Shown piece after piece: positions 48,044 through 58,378 of a DNA stretch of 64,000 nt. This DNA comes from a candidate division FCPU426 bacterium (GTDB lineage Bacteria; Oederibacteriota; JAAXVQ01; JAUVAV01): the NCBI GenBank assembly GCA_040756875.1, contig JBFLYH010000001.1, positions 1,484,399-1,548,398 on the forward strand, read 5' to 3'. Position numbers and translations under genes: made by a program. How positions within the stretch are numbered: position 1 is the first letter of the stretch; each line of letters starts with the position of its first letter. The notes under the pieces are model-generated. The model was not told where the DNA came from. It made no database searches and saw nothing but the letters and a program-made list of their open reading frames with translations.

Positions 48044-48964
48044 CTAGCGCACCGGGTCCAGCCAGCCGTGCTTGTCCGGTTGCTCGCCGCGCAGGATGCC
48101 GAAGAACGCGGCCTGGATCGCCTCGGTGATCGGGCCGCGTTTTCCATTCCCCACCTGGATGCGGTCCACCTGGGTGATGGGGGTGATCTCGGCCGCCGTG
48201 CCGGACATGAAGGCTTCGTCGGCCAGATACAGGCTTTCGCGCGGCAGCAGGTGCTGCTTGACGTTGTAGCCCAGGTCGCGTGCCAGCTGGAAGACGCAAT
48301 GGCGCGTGATGCCGGGCAGGATGCTGGAGGAGGAAGGCGGCGTGTACAACGTGCCGTTTTTCACGATGAACAGGTTCTCGCCCGAACCTTCGGAAATATA
48401 GCCGAACGCGTCCAGGGCGATCCCCTCGTCAAAGCCGTCGTTCATGGCTTCCAGCTTGATGAGCTGGGAATTCATGTAGTTGGAGGCCACCTTGGCCATG
48501 GCGGGCATGGTGTTGGGCGCCGGCCGGTTCCAGGAGGCGATGCGCACGGACACGCCTTTTTCCAGCGCCTCGGCGCCGAGGTACGGCCCCCATTCCCACG
48601 TCGCGATGGCCGTCACCACCGGGCACTTGAGGGGATTCAGCCCCAGGGAATGATAGCCCCTGAAAGCAAACGGCCGGATGTAGGCTTCCTTGAGTTCATT
48701 GGCCCGCAGGGTCTCCTTCACGGCCGCGCACAGCTGGTCCAGGGAATACGGGATGGGAATGCGGTAGATTTTGGCCGAATCGAACAGCCGCTGCATGTGT
48801 TCCCGCAGCCGCAGCACGAACGAGCCTTTGGGATTGGCGTACATGCGCAGGCCGTCGAAGGCGCAGGACCCGTAGTGCAGCGCATGGGTCAGCACATGCA
48901 CCTGGGCCTGGTCCCAGGGCACCAGTTTCCCGTCCATCCATATGAATTTTTCCGGAAATCCCAT
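48044..48964 (-). CDS. ilvE: Branched-chain amino acid aminotransferase
   Basis: THALHYG, AKVASNY, SEGSGENLF, ILPGITR and GTAAEITP. Confidence 0.96.
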   Translation of the reverse strand: MGFPEKFIWMDGKLVPWDQAQVHVLTHALHYGSCAFDGLRMYANPKGSFVLRLREHMQRLFDSAKIYRIPIPYSLDQLCAAVKETLRANELKEAYIRPFAFRGYHSLGLNPLKCPVVTAIATWEWGPYLGAEALEKGVSVRIASWNRPAPNTMPAMAKVASNYMNSQLIKLEAMNDGFDEGIALDAFGYISEGSGENLFIVKNGTLYTPPSSSSILPGITRHCVFQLARDLGYNVKQHLLPRESLYLADEAFMSGTAAEITPITQVDRIQVGNGKRGPITEAIQAAFFGILRGEQPDKHGWLDPVR

Positions 48965-49185
48965 GGTAAATCTCTCCATCCTGTCCTGCGTGGAGTCCCA
49001 ACCGCAGATGTTTTTTGGAGGATCATATTACCCCGGCCCAGGGGGATAAGCAAGTTTTTTTAGTCCGGCCGGACCCGGCCGACTTGCAATCAGCAGGCAA
49101 TCATGTAAACTTAATGATATATTCGTCAACCGTCGCGCTATTCATAATGTATTTGTTGGAAAAGGAATCGGATAAAGTGTCGGGT

Positions 49186-52100
49186 ATGCGTCTGACCAGA
49201 ATGATCGCGCTTGTGACCGCCTGCTGGATGCTGCTGCCGCACCTGCAATGGGCGTTTGCCGAAACCACTTATGCCCCGCCCGCAGATGCGTCCCTGCCTT
49301 CGGACGCGCCTCCGCCTTCGGTTTCATCCCTGCTCCTGAGCATTCCGCCTGCCTTGGGAACCATCGCCAGCCAATGGACGCCTGCGCCGGGCAAAACCAG
49401 CCGGCCCGGTTTGCTGGTCGTGCACATTCAGGACCTGCACTGCCATGCCGAGGCGCAAAAACGCATTGCGGATCTGCTTGCCTATCTGGCGCGGGTCAAC
49501 GGACTGGTCCTGGTGGGCGTGGAAGGCAGCGCCGGTGCGCTGGATGTCGGCAAGCTCGCTGCTTTTCCCGACGCCGGAGCCAAAAGCGAAATCGGGCTGG
49601 CCCTCCTCCGGCAAGGCCGGTTGAGCGGGCCTGAATTTGCCGCGGCGGCCGGTCCAGCAACCTTGCGCCTGGAGGGCGTGGAAAACGCCGCGCTGTATGC
49701 AGCCAGCGAATCCTGTCTGGACCAATTTCTATCCGAGGAATCCCAGGGAACCATCGCCGATCTGCGCGATGCGCTGGAATCGCTGAAAGCCCGGGAATTC
49801 AACCCCAACCTGGCAGACCTCGACCGCCAACGCTCCGCCTTTCTGCGCGGAAATCTTGACGGCCTCGCCTATGCCGAGTGGCTCAAGCGCGCGGCCCGTC
49901 AGGCGCCGGGACTGGAGCCTGACGCTCTGCAAACCGCCCTCGGCCTGCGGGCTCCGGACGGGCCGGAAAATGAAGAAGCCTTCCTGGCCCAGGCCGAAAC
50001 CGTGGACCAGGCACTGAGGCTGCGATGGTTCCAGCGGGACTTTGAACGGCAATTGGACGCTGCCGGCCGTTTTCTGGAAACCGCGGAAAAGCTGCTCGCC
50101 ATTTCCGCCACGGCGCGGGAACTGCGTTGGTTCAGACACCAGCCCTGGGAACGCAGCTGGCAGGAGCTGCAAAACCTGTGGACCGAGGCTCAGACAGGTT
50201 TGGGGGCGGAGTTGCCCGCGGCCAGGCGCGCGCTCGAGGCAGCCGATCGTTTTTACCGCCTGGCCGACCAGCGCAGCGATTACTTGGCGGACAATCTCGC
50301 GGCTGCCGCGCAGGGCCAGGGCGTCCGGCTGGCGGCCCTGGTCACCGGCGGTTATCACACCGAACAGGTGCTGGCCCGGCTGCGGGCCCACGGCATTGCC
50401 TATGCCAGCATCAGGCCGCGGCTGACGCGCTGGGAGGACCCATCGCCGTATTACTCGCTGCTGCGCCGGACTCCCGGACCCCTGGACCGCTTTCTCGGCG
50501 GGCAATCAGGGGCTTTTGCGCCGGCTTCCCTCTTCCCAACTGGTCCGGCGGAAAGCAGTGCGGCTGACGAGAACCTGCCGGAACCCAAACGCAGCCAGGC
50601 TTTGCGCCTGGACCTCGGGCTTAAACTCGCGGCCTTATGGTCCCTGGCCAGGCGCTGGGGCGCATGGGATCCCGACCGGGTCAAACGGGCCTTTCGCGGC
50701 CTGGTCTCCCGCTATCCGCGCAACAACCCGCGCCTTGTCCCCCGACTCGATGCCGCCCGCCAGGACGCAACTTCCCTGGCGGTTCCCTTCCAAATCGGCG
50801 ATTCACAGCTGTGGGCTGTGTTGGAGCCGCAGACGCAGGCGGAATCGCCTGCCGCCGAGCCCGCGCTCGAGGAGATGCGCGGCCCCGGCTTGCGGATTCG
50901 CCTGCTGGGCCGGCAGCCTGCTTTAGCGTCCTGGGCGCGCCGCAGGGCCGAGGTGGCCGCGCGCTTGCGCGCCTGGTGGGGCCAGACGCTGCGGCAAGCC
51001 CTGGACCTGGCCTGGTCCGCCGCCCTCATGGCGCCCTCGCTCGCCCAGCCCCTGCTTCTGTTCGGCCTGCTCTGGCTCGCTCCGTTCGACGACTACTCGG
51101 TTCCACTCGCCGCAGCCGGTCTGTTCCCCATTGCTTCGCTGAAGCCTGAACGGCCGTTCCAGCCGCCTGTGCTCAAGCCCGGCCTGCTCTTCCGGCTTCC
51201 CAGGCAGGGCGTATTCATCATCACCCGCGTGACCGCGTCTCCGGACCGGGTTGAATTCAAATCCATCTCCGGCCAGGGCCAGTCCGTGGTCAGGCCCTCG
51301 ACCTGGTTTTACAACCAGCCAGGCCTGGTTTTTTTCCCCGAACACTCCGCTTCATCGCGCTGGATCAACTGGGGGGCCTATGCGCTCTTTTTGCTGATCA
51401 TCGCCTGGATGCTGGTGTCATGGATCTTCGAGCGCCCGCAGATCAGCCAAAACCAGCGCCAGGAAACCGAAGTCCAAACCCAGGCCCCGGCCCAGGCGCC
51501 GCGGCAGGCAACCGCTCCCCGCGAGCCCGAAACCCTGCGCATCGCTCCCAGGCTTCCGGCTGAGCTCCAGCCGCTGGTTTCCTGTCCGGCCCTGCCTGAT
51601 TCTCTCCTGTCCCGCGAGAATCTGACCGGGCAGTTTTTTCCGGTCGAATACGTCATGTTGAGGGATCTTTTCGCGGTGTTGTGCAACCTCAACGCTTTGT
51701 CGCCCGACCGGACCCGGAAAGGCCTCAGCCTGATCGCCCGGATCGACGGAGCCATCAACCAGGTCAATTTCGAACCGGACTGGGAGCAGCATCGGGGTCT
51801 ACTGGAACTGACCCAGCGCTCGTACGCCGTCGAAATCCAGCCTGAGGAACCAAACCCCGCGCTTGACGAACTGTACGCCGTGCTGGCCAAGTCCATCGGC
51901 CAGTTGCGGGAACTCGTCACGACCGCGAACGCGGGAACGGAAATGGCCCAAGTCAATCAGGAACGGCGGGAAGCGGTCAGGCAGTTGCAGCGGGAGGAGA
52001 ACGAAATCAACGACGCGGAATACAAGCGCCTCAATCAGGAACTCACGGATCGCATCAACGACCTGCGCAGCCAGGGCATCGAAGACGCCTACATCGCCGA

Positions 52101-52785
52101 CCTGCTGGGCTTGAAAGGCATTGCCCGCAACCTGTTCCTGACCCTGGGATACATCCTGGACGGTCTGGAAAACAACCAGGCCCAATGGCGGCAGGCGGTG
52201 GCGTATCTGTACGAGCAGCGCACGCGGCGGCATTACCCAGGTTCCGAACAATTCTGGCCGGATGTCAACCGGCTCGCTGAGATCGTGTTGAATCCGCGGG
52301 CCACCCCGGAGCAGCTCCAGGAAATCAAAATGGAGCTCGATCTCTTTTTCACCGAAGTCAGTTTCGGTTACTGGAAAACGCCGGACAACCAAAGCTCCCT
52401 GCCCACCGCGCCCGGCCGCCAGCGGGCCTGGAACTCGCTCGGGGCGGTTTCACTGCCGTTCGTGACCGGCCTGGCGGCCCTTTTCACGGCTTGGTTCGGA
52501 CTGGCTCTGCCGCTCGGACTGTGGGCCGGGCTCGGCCTGCCGCTGTCCCTGGCTGCGGGTTTGGTGCTGGGCGGCGCCCTGGTGGGTGCCTGGTGGTCTG
52601 CCCTGAAGCGGGTTGATGCGCGGGAGGGGAAAGGATTGCAAACCGCGGTCTTGCTGCCGAAAGCGCCCTGGCTCGTACGCGCGGGCGGAGCGCTCTCGGG
52701 CTGGCGCCGGCTGCCCGGCGGCTGGTGGAACCGGCACCGCTTGCGCATGCCTTTTAAGCTGCGTTCGGTTGATCAGGCGATTTGA
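49186..52785 (+). CDS. 1199-aa exported membrane protein with N-terminal EreA/ChaN/TIKI-like domain
   Basis: Signal peptide. Motifs HIQDLHCH, VGVEG, LSGPE, GVEN..LY, RS..LA.N and TGGYHT. Internal and C-terminal TM segments. Confidence 0.7.
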   Translation: MRLTRMIALVTACWMLLPHLQWAFAETTYAPPADASLPSDAPPPSVSSLLLSIPPALGTIASQWTPAPGKTSRPGLLVVHIQDLHCHAEAQKRIADLLAYLARVNGLVLVGVEGSAGALDVGKLAAFPDAGAKSEIGLALLRQGRLSGPEFAAAAGPATLRLEGVENAALYAASESCLDQFLSEESQGTIADLRDALESLKAREFNPNLADLDRQRSAFLRGNLDGLAYAEWLKRAARQAPGLEPDALQTALGLRAPDGPENEEAFLAQAETVDQALRLRWFQRDFERQLDAAGRFLETAEKLLAISATARELRWFRHQPWERSWQELQNLWTEAQTGLGAELPAARRALEAADRFYRLADQRSDYLADNLAAAAQGQGVRLAALVTGGYHTEQVLARLRAHGIAYASIRPRLTRWEDPSPYYSLLRRTPGPLDRFLGGQSGAFAPASLFPTGPAESSAADENLPEPKRSQALRLDLGLKLAALWSLARRWGAWDPDRVKRAFRGLVSRYPRNNPRLVPRLDAARQDATSLAVPFQIGDSQLWAVLEPQTQAESPAAEPALEEMRGPGLRIRLLGRQPALASWARRRAEVAARLRAWWGQTLRQALDLAWSAALMAPSLAQPLLLFGLLWLAPFDDYSVPLAAAGLFPIASLKPERPFQPPVLKPGLLFRLPRQGVFIITRVTASPDRVEFKSISGQGQSVVRPSTWFYNQPGLVFFPEHSASSRWINWGAYALFLLIIAWMLVSWIFERPQISQNQRQETEVQTQAPAQAPRQATAPREPETLRIAPRLPAELQPLVSCPALPDSLLSRENLTGQFFPVEYVMLRDLFAVLCNLNALSPDRTRKGLSLIARIDGAINQVNFEPDWEQHRGLLELTQRSYAVEIQPEEPNPALDELYAVLAKSIGQLRELVTTANAGTEMAQVNQERREAVRQLQREENEINDAEYKRLNQELTDRINDLRSQGIEDAYIADLLGLKGIARNLFLTLGYILDGLENNQAQWRQAVAYLYEQRTRRHYPGSEQFWPDVNRLAEIVLNPRATPEQLQEIKMELDLFFTEVSFGYWKTPDNQSSLPTAPGRQRAWNSLGAVSLPFVTGLAALFTAWFGLALPLGLWAGLGLPLSLAAGLVLGGALVGAWWSALKRVDAREGKGLQTAVLLPKAPWLVRAGGALSGWRRLPGGWWNRHRLRMPFKLRSVDQAI

Positions 52786-52821
52786 ACCGGCGTTCCTGCG
52801 AAATTCCAAAATCCCGCGGTA

Positions 52822-53202
52822 TTAACTCCCCTGGTTGAGCCACAACTGCTCGAACCATTTCAGGAACTCGAGGGAATCGGGCGTGATGTCCGTGAACTCC
52901 AGGCCGGCTTTGAAGGGTTTGGGCGCTTGGGGAGGGTTTTCGGTGATCCAGACCACGCGGGCGTGCGCCTGGATAGTGCGGACGCTTTTGCCTTCGGACA
53001 GGGACAGGCTGAGGCTGAGGCGCTGGTTGATGTCCAATTTTTCCGACACGTAAATCTGCAAGCCGCCGCGCGAGGCGTCCTGGGTCAGGCCTTCGCCGAA
53101 GCGCGTATGGTCGTCCACCTGATAGCGGAAAGGCAGGTGGATGACAAAACGCGGAAAGGTGCGGCGTTCAAATTCGACTTCCCCGTATTTCGACTCGGTC
53201 AT
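52822..53202 (-). CDS. Stand-alone PilZ domain protein
   Basis: ERRTFPR, DASRGG, ARVVW and GLEF. Confidence 0.9.
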   Translation of the reverse strand: MTESKYGEVEFERRTFPRFVIHLPFRYQVDDHTRFGEGLTQDASRGGLQIYVSEKLDINQRLSLSLSLSEGKSVRTIQAHARVVWITENPPQAPKPFKAGLEFTDITPDSLEFLKWFEQLWLNQGS

Positions 53203-53278
53203 GTCCTGCTCCTGGATGCCACAGCATCGTTTGTTTGCGGCCGGGCCCTGACCCCCTCTGCGCCGAAACCCGCGGCCC

Positions 53279-53653
53279 TCAAGCCGGCTGCTCTTCCTGC
53301 CAATACTTGATGAATTGGCGCCACAAGCCTTCGGTTTCCGGGCTCAGGTCAATGAACTGCAGGCCGGCCTGACACATCCAGCCGCCCTCGAACTCGCCTT
53401 CCTTGACCCAGGCCACCTTGGCCCGCGCGCGGCACAGCTTCCGTTCCTCGCCGACCGGCAGCAGAATCGTAACTTCCAGGACGTCGCCCTGGGCCACCAG
53501 CTTGGGGAGCAGCGCCATAATCCCGCCGATGGACACGTTCTGGGAGACGCCTTCGGGCGTAAATGCGCCGGTGGATTGGTATGCCAGCGGAAGAGAAAAA
53601 TCCATGCGCGGATAGTGACGACGGTCGAATTGAGCGCTGCCGAACCCTTTCAT
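53279..53653 (-). CDS. Stand-alone PilZ domain protein
   Basis: DRRHYPR, NVSIGG, AKVAW and GLQF. Confidence 0.9.
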   Translation of the reverse strand: MKGFGSAQFDRRHYPRMDFSLPLAYQSTGAFTPEGVSQNVSIGGIMALLPKLVAQGDVLEVTILLPVGEERKLCRARAKVAWVKEGEFEGGWMCQAGLQFIDLSPETEGLWRQFIKYWQEEQPA

Positions 53654-53738
53654 GCCTTCCTCCCGGTCTTTTACAGGCAACCACAAAGGGCCTAGAGACC
53701 AACCGTCTCTCTGCGTTCTTTGGGGTCCGTTTTTAACC

Positions 53739-54182
53739 TCATGTATACAACTGCGAATTCGGCTGATCCAGCTGGAATTCCACCAGGAACTCCTTCAGCC
53801 ACTTGCGGTGATTCTGTTCCAAGTCCAGGAACTGCACGCCAGCCAAAAAGCCGTTGCTCGGCGCCGCGGCGCTCCACGCCACCCGCGAGAGGATTTCCAC
53901 GCGCTGGCATTCCTCCTCCGGGCAGGTGAGATGCTCCATGGCGGGCTGGCGCCGGTCCTGAGGAGGCAGAAACAGGGTCAGCATCAGGACCTGGTCCGCT
54001 TTCAGGGGCTGATGGGTGCGCAGCAGCAAGCCGCCTGCGCCCAGGTCTTCCGCCAGGTCCGAACGCACGGTTGAAACATGGTCGCGCTCCAGGCAGCGGT
54101 AAGTGACTTTCAACTTGATCGGCCGGCGCACGAATTTACGCCGCTCGGCGCCGGTCTCGCCGTTGAACACCGCATCAGGCAT
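53739..54182 (-). CDS. Stand-alone PilZ domain protein
   Basis: ERRKFVR, DLGAGG, SRVAW and GVQF. Confidence 0.88.
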   Translation of the reverse strand: MPDAVFNGETGAERRKFVRRPIKLKVTYRCLERDHVSTVRSDLAEDLGAGGLLLRTHQPLKADQVLMLTLFLPPQDRRQPAMEHLTCPEEECQRVEILSRVAWSAAAPSNGFLAGVQFLDLEQNHRKWLKEFLVEFQLDQPNSQLYT

Positions 54183-54195
54183 AGGCGCTTCCCTC

Positions 54196-57100
54196 CTACG
54201 GTTTGGGAGCCGGGGACCCCGATTCCGGCACGTCGGCGATCTGGAGCAACACGGCGCCCGACCATTGCCAATCACCTCCGGGCAGTTCGAGCACCAGACG
54301 GCCGTGATCTTTGGCCCATACCCAGTTCGGCCACGAACCAAGGCGGAACACATAAGGCCGCGCCACGGCCGAGGCCCGCAGGGTGAAGGTCACGCGCTGG
54401 CCGGAGTCTAAAGGCCCCCAGGCGAGCGTCGCAGTCCGGCCGGCCAGGGTTTCGGGCACCGCCAGCTTAAGGACCAGGACATTGCCTTTGGAATCGGCAT
54501 TGGCCGCGAGGTTCAAGGCCAGGCGCACCGGCGCACCGGACGGCCCGATGCTCAGACTCTCCGCTTCGGCGGTCACGGTCAGTCCGGCGGGTTCGACCGC
54601 TCCTGCACCCGCAGCCGGCGCGTAGCGGGCCAGCGCGCCGCCCTGGCTGGGATCATACTTGCTTTGCCCGCCCCAGTACGCGGGCAGGCCGAACAACGGC
54701 AGGGGCTTCATCCAGGCTGCCACCGCCGCCGGCTCGGGTCCGAATCCTTCCTGGCGGGGCAGCAACAGCACATTGTCGCCGACCACGGCCGACGGCACGT
54801 AGGTCTTCAGCAGGTATTCAGCCACCGCGTACTGCCGGACCACGGGTGAAACCGCATCCAGCGAAGCAGGGTCAGCCTCCGGCGGCGCCGTGATGACGGC
54901 CTTGACCGGCGAACTGCTCAAGGCCCTGATCACCTCCAGCTGTTGCGTCAGGCTGGCCTGTTCGAGGGTGGAGAGGGCGCTGACCACGGGCAGCCGCGGC
55001 ACCAGGAAATACCACAACGGCTGGTTGGAAAAATCGTAGAACGGCTCCCCGGTCCCGACCTGGCCTTCGAGGTACGATGCCACCTGGTCCAGGGCCTCGG
55101 CCTGCTTGGCCGGCAAAAAGGTTTTTTGCAGCCGCTCGGTCTTGCCCTGGCTCAATCCGTCCACGGTCAGGCGGGTTTTATCGGCAAAGCCGCCGATCCA
55201 GTCGACCAGCGGCCGGCCGCCCGGATAAGGCAGAAACGCCGGCACCAACGCCAGCGCAAAAACCAGGGACCTGAGCCGCCGCTGCCGGCGCGACAGTTGA
55301 TAGAGGAAAAATGCCAGCAACATGGCGGCCAGAGGCAGCGCGTCCTGCAGAAACGCCCAGTCGCCACGTCCGAGGAAGCGCATCCAAAACCAACCGGTCA
55401 GCACCAACAGCAGCAGCACGTTCCACGGCGGCGTCCCGCCTTCGTTCTGGCTGCGCCACTCGGCGAACCAAACCAGGACGCCCGTTGCCAGCAAAAGCGG
55501 GGGCAGCAGGAAGGCCAGTTGCGCCCCCAAACCGGGCGCCGCACCCCAGGCGGGCAGCGGCAGCCCGAAAACCGGGCCGTAAGCCTGCAGCACCCAGGCA
55601 AAGTTCTGGAAATACGCACCCAGGCTGCCGCTCATGGCCAGGTACAGCCACCACGGCAGGGAGATCACGGCCACGCCCGCCAGGTACAAACCAAAATGCA
55701 AGGTCCGTTCCCGCCATTCCTTCAAGCCTGTAAGCACATAAACGGCCAGCAGCACCACTTGCCCGCCGAAAGCCAGCAGGCCTGCGGTGTAGGACGCGAG
55801 CAGCGACAGGATCGTGAAGAGCGCGGACAGCAGCAGCACGGGCCAGCGCGGCCGCTGCAGGTAATAGAGGGTGAAGATGAACCCCACCAGCGGGAAAAAG
55901 AACCGCGCCTGGGGAATCGTACCCGCGGCGCCGGTGAGCATCACCAGCGCATACAGCAAGGCCCAGGGCCAGGGCAGGCAAAAAATGGAAAGCAGGTACA
56001 GCGCCATCAACCCGAACGGTGCCAGATAATTCAGCCACAGGCGGAACGCGCCTACCGTGGGGCCGAGCCAGCTGATCGCGGTCAGGCTGCTGACCACATC
56101 CGTCAAAAACCCGTGGCGCAGCAGGATTTCCTTGAACGGCAGGTGCCCGAGAAGCGCGGCTTGCGCGACCCCCAGGGCTTCCCCGTCCTTCCACAAATCC
56201 AGCGCTCCCAAGACTTTGGACTGACTGTAAGCTCCGCCCGCCGGCCAGAAAGCCACGGCCAGCAACAGGCAGGGAATGGCCAGGATCAGCATCAGGGCGC
56301 GGAACAGCTCTTCCCAGGCAGGTGACAATTCCACGGGCAGGCGCCGCAGCCGCAGCAAAGCCAGTATGAGCACGGCCAGCAGCCCCGCGCCGGCAGCCAG
56401 AAGCAGCCACAGGCCCAGCGAGCCGAGCGCATGCTGCCCCACTTCCTGGCCTTGCGCCAGATACTGCACGCCGCTGAAGGTATTGAGGGGAAGAATAGCC
56501 AGAGGCAGGAACGCCAGGGCCAGGGCCAGGTAGATTTGGTCAAACGTGTGGCGGCGAAACACCCAGCTCAGGACCCAGGCCAGGAGCAGCGAACCCAGCC
56601 AGCCCAGCAGCCCGAATCCGGCGGGCAGCCACAATCCCGGAACCGGAGCGTAGCCCAGGGATTGCACGAACCACCCTACGCCGCCGAACAGGGCGATGAC
56701 CGCTCCGAACGTAAACAGTCCCAGGGGATGATACTCCGTTTCCGTGGGATGAGCGATGAACAGTTTGCGCTTGTCCCGTTGTTCGCCCAGTGCAGCCAGG
56801 AAAAATCCCAGAACCAGCAGGGCGAAAGCCGCGGCTGAATAGGGAAGCTCGGAACGGCCTTGCAGCAGAAACGTGATCTGCGGGAAAAAAGCGGCGTACG
56901 CCATGGCGGCGCGCTTCAAAGCCGTGGCAGCAGGCAAAGGCGCGATCAAACGCTGAGTTTGCGCAATCAGCAGCCACAGCCATTGGGCCACCCAGGCGCC
57001 GGCAATGCCGGCTGCGATTAGGAGCCAGGCTTTCGCCGGACCGCCGGCCACGGGCAAGCCCAGGGCCGCAGGCCCTACGATCCCATCCTGATCCGGAACC

Positions 57101-57240
57101 GGCCATTGCCAGCCTGCGAACGCCATCCAACCCAGGGCGATGCCGGCCACCAAGCCGGCCACCAGCACGAGCCCGCGATGGATGAACAAATCCTCGGAAA
57201 AAGCGGTCTCCCGGATCGGGTGGGCAACGGTTTCGCTCAT
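54196..57240 (-). CDS. 1014-aa polytopic membrane protein, GT-C glycosyltransferase-like
   Basis: About 20 TM segments, loop 'D...DGE.......LL.G.LPFKE....HG', post-TM 'FYDFSNQPLWYFL' and a soluble C-terminal domain. Confidence 0.55.
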   Translation of the reverse strand: MSETVAHPIRETAFSEDLFIHRGLVLVAGLVAGIALGWMAFAGWQWPVPDQDGIVGPAALGLPVAGGPAKAWLLIAAGIAGAWVAQWLWLLIAQTQRLIAPLPAATALKRAAMAYAAFFPQITFLLQGRSELPYSAAAFALLVLGFFLAALGEQRDKRKLFIAHPTETEYHPLGLFTFGAVIALFGGVGWFVQSLGYAPVPGLWLPAGFGLLGWLGSLLLAWVLSWVFRRHTFDQIYLALALAFLPLAILPLNTFSGVQYLAQGQEVGQHALGSLGLWLLLAAGAGLLAVLILALLRLRRLPVELSPAWEELFRALMLILAIPCLLLAVAFWPAGGAYSQSKVLGALDLWKDGEALGVAQAALLGHLPFKEILLRHGFLTDVVSSLTAISWLGPTVGAFRLWLNYLAPFGLMALYLLSIFCLPWPWALLYALVMLTGAAGTIPQARFFFPLVGFIFTLYYLQRPRWPVLLLSALFTILSLLASYTAGLLAFGGQVVLLAVYVLTGLKEWRERTLHFGLYLAGVAVISLPWWLYLAMSGSLGAYFQNFAWVLQAYGPVFGLPLPAWGAAPGLGAQLAFLLPPLLLATGVLVWFAEWRSQNEGGTPPWNVLLLLVLTGWFWMRFLGRGDWAFLQDALPLAAMLLAFFLYQLSRRQRRLRSLVFALALVPAFLPYPGGRPLVDWIGGFADKTRLTVDGLSQGKTERLQKTFLPAKQAEALDQVASYLEGQVGTGEPFYDFSNQPLWYFLVPRLPVVSALSTLEQASLTQQLEVIRALSSSPVKAVITAPPEADPASLDAVSPVVRQYAVAEYLLKTYVPSAVVGDNVLLLPRQEGFGPEPAAVAAWMKPLPLFGLPAYWGGQSKYDPSQGGALARYAPAAGAGAVEPAGLTVTAEAESLSIGPSGAPVRLALNLAANADSKGNVLVLKLAVPETLAGRTATLAWGPLDSGQRVTFTLRASAVARPYVFRLGSWPNWVWAKDHGRLVLELPGGDWQWSGAVLLQIADVPESGSPAPKP

Positions 57241-57291
57241 AACCTATTCTCCCTTCGGGCTGTAGCCGATCGTTTTCTGTTCGGGATGGGA

Positions 57292-58185
57292 TTATTTAAA
57301 GACGTCGATTCCGGTATAAGCCTTAACATTGACCGGCATGCCGGCGACGAACAACTGATAATACAGGCGCTTCCCAACCGCCGCGCCCCCCGTGCTTCCC
57401 ACCGAACCCAGCCGGTCTCCGCGCATGACGGTCTGGCCGGCTTTAACGTCCAGATTCTTCAAGTGGCAATAAAGCGTGGCAAACGAAAAGCCGTGGTCGA
57501 TCAAAACCGTATTACCGAGCATGGGCAGGTTCTCTGCCAGCCGGATCAGCCCGTCGGCCGCGGCGTTGACTTCCACGGCCGTGGCGCTGACAGGGATGAT
57601 CTCCAGCCCTTCCAGCGCGACTTCGGCCTTGCCCGCGTACTCCCGGCGCATGCCGAACTCCGAAACGATCTCACCGCCCAGAGGCAGCAGCAGATCCTGC
57701 AGTTTGACAGCCTTGAATTTCGACTTGGCCAGCATCTGCTGGATCCGCATCCGGTCCACCACATATTGCTCGGCGTTGAACTTTTTGCCGGGAACCGTCT
57801 GGAGGGGGCGGGGCAGAAAATCAGGCAGGATTTGGATCTGAAATTCCTCGCGGACCTGTGCCGCCTTTTTTTCCCGCGGCCGGAAGGTAAAGGTCAGCGG
57901 ATAGGCACCGGGGTCCACCTTGGCCACGGGCACGAAGGCAGTGTAGGTTCCTGGCGCGAGATCGCGCCGGGGATAAAGCCGGTAGGTGCGGTCGATAAAC
58001 CGGAGGGACCCGTTGCGGATGTCCTGAGGCAGCACCACGCCCAGGCTCAGCACATCGCCGGGCGAGGCCTGGTCTTGGGGAATAATATATTGAATCTTCT
58101 GGGCCAGCCGCTCGCTGACCGAGGCGCAACCGGCAATAGCCGCCAAGGCCAGAACAACCAGGGTACGGAGAATATGGTTTCGCAC
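57292..58185 (-). CDS. M23/LytM-domain lipoprotein, catalytically degenerate
   Basis: Lipobox IAGC and GNTVLIDHG..TLYCHL..V..G..V.RGD.LG.VGSTG. The HxxxD and HxH motifs are absent. Confidence 0.85.
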   Translation of the reverse strand: MRNHILRTLVVLALAAIAGCASVSERLAQKIQYIIPQDQASPGDVLSLGVVLPQDIRNGSLRFIDRTYRLYPRRDLAPGTYTAFVPVAKVDPGAYPLTFTFRPREKKAAQVREEFQIQILPDFLPRPLQTVPGKKFNAEQYVVDRMRIQQMLAKSKFKAVKLQDLLLPLGGEIVSEFGMRREYAGKAEVALEGLEIIPVSATAVEVNAAADGLIRLAENLPMLGNTVLIDHGFSFATLYCHLKNLDVKAGQTVMRGDRLGSVGSTGGAAVGKRLYYQLFVAGMPVNVKAYTGIDVFK

Positions 58186-58378
58186 TTGGTGTGGACTCCT
58201 TCACCGGTATGTTTTTCGGCGGGCCGCTGCAGACCAGACGCCGCAAAACAAGCTGATTTTAAAGGATATTTCTCCGGCGGCAAGCAGCGCCCCCCGGCGT
58301 TTCAGTTCATTCGTTCCATAGTATTATATTCGGACGCCTGTGGCAAACGTCAAGTCCATTTTACCGCGTTTACAGGGT

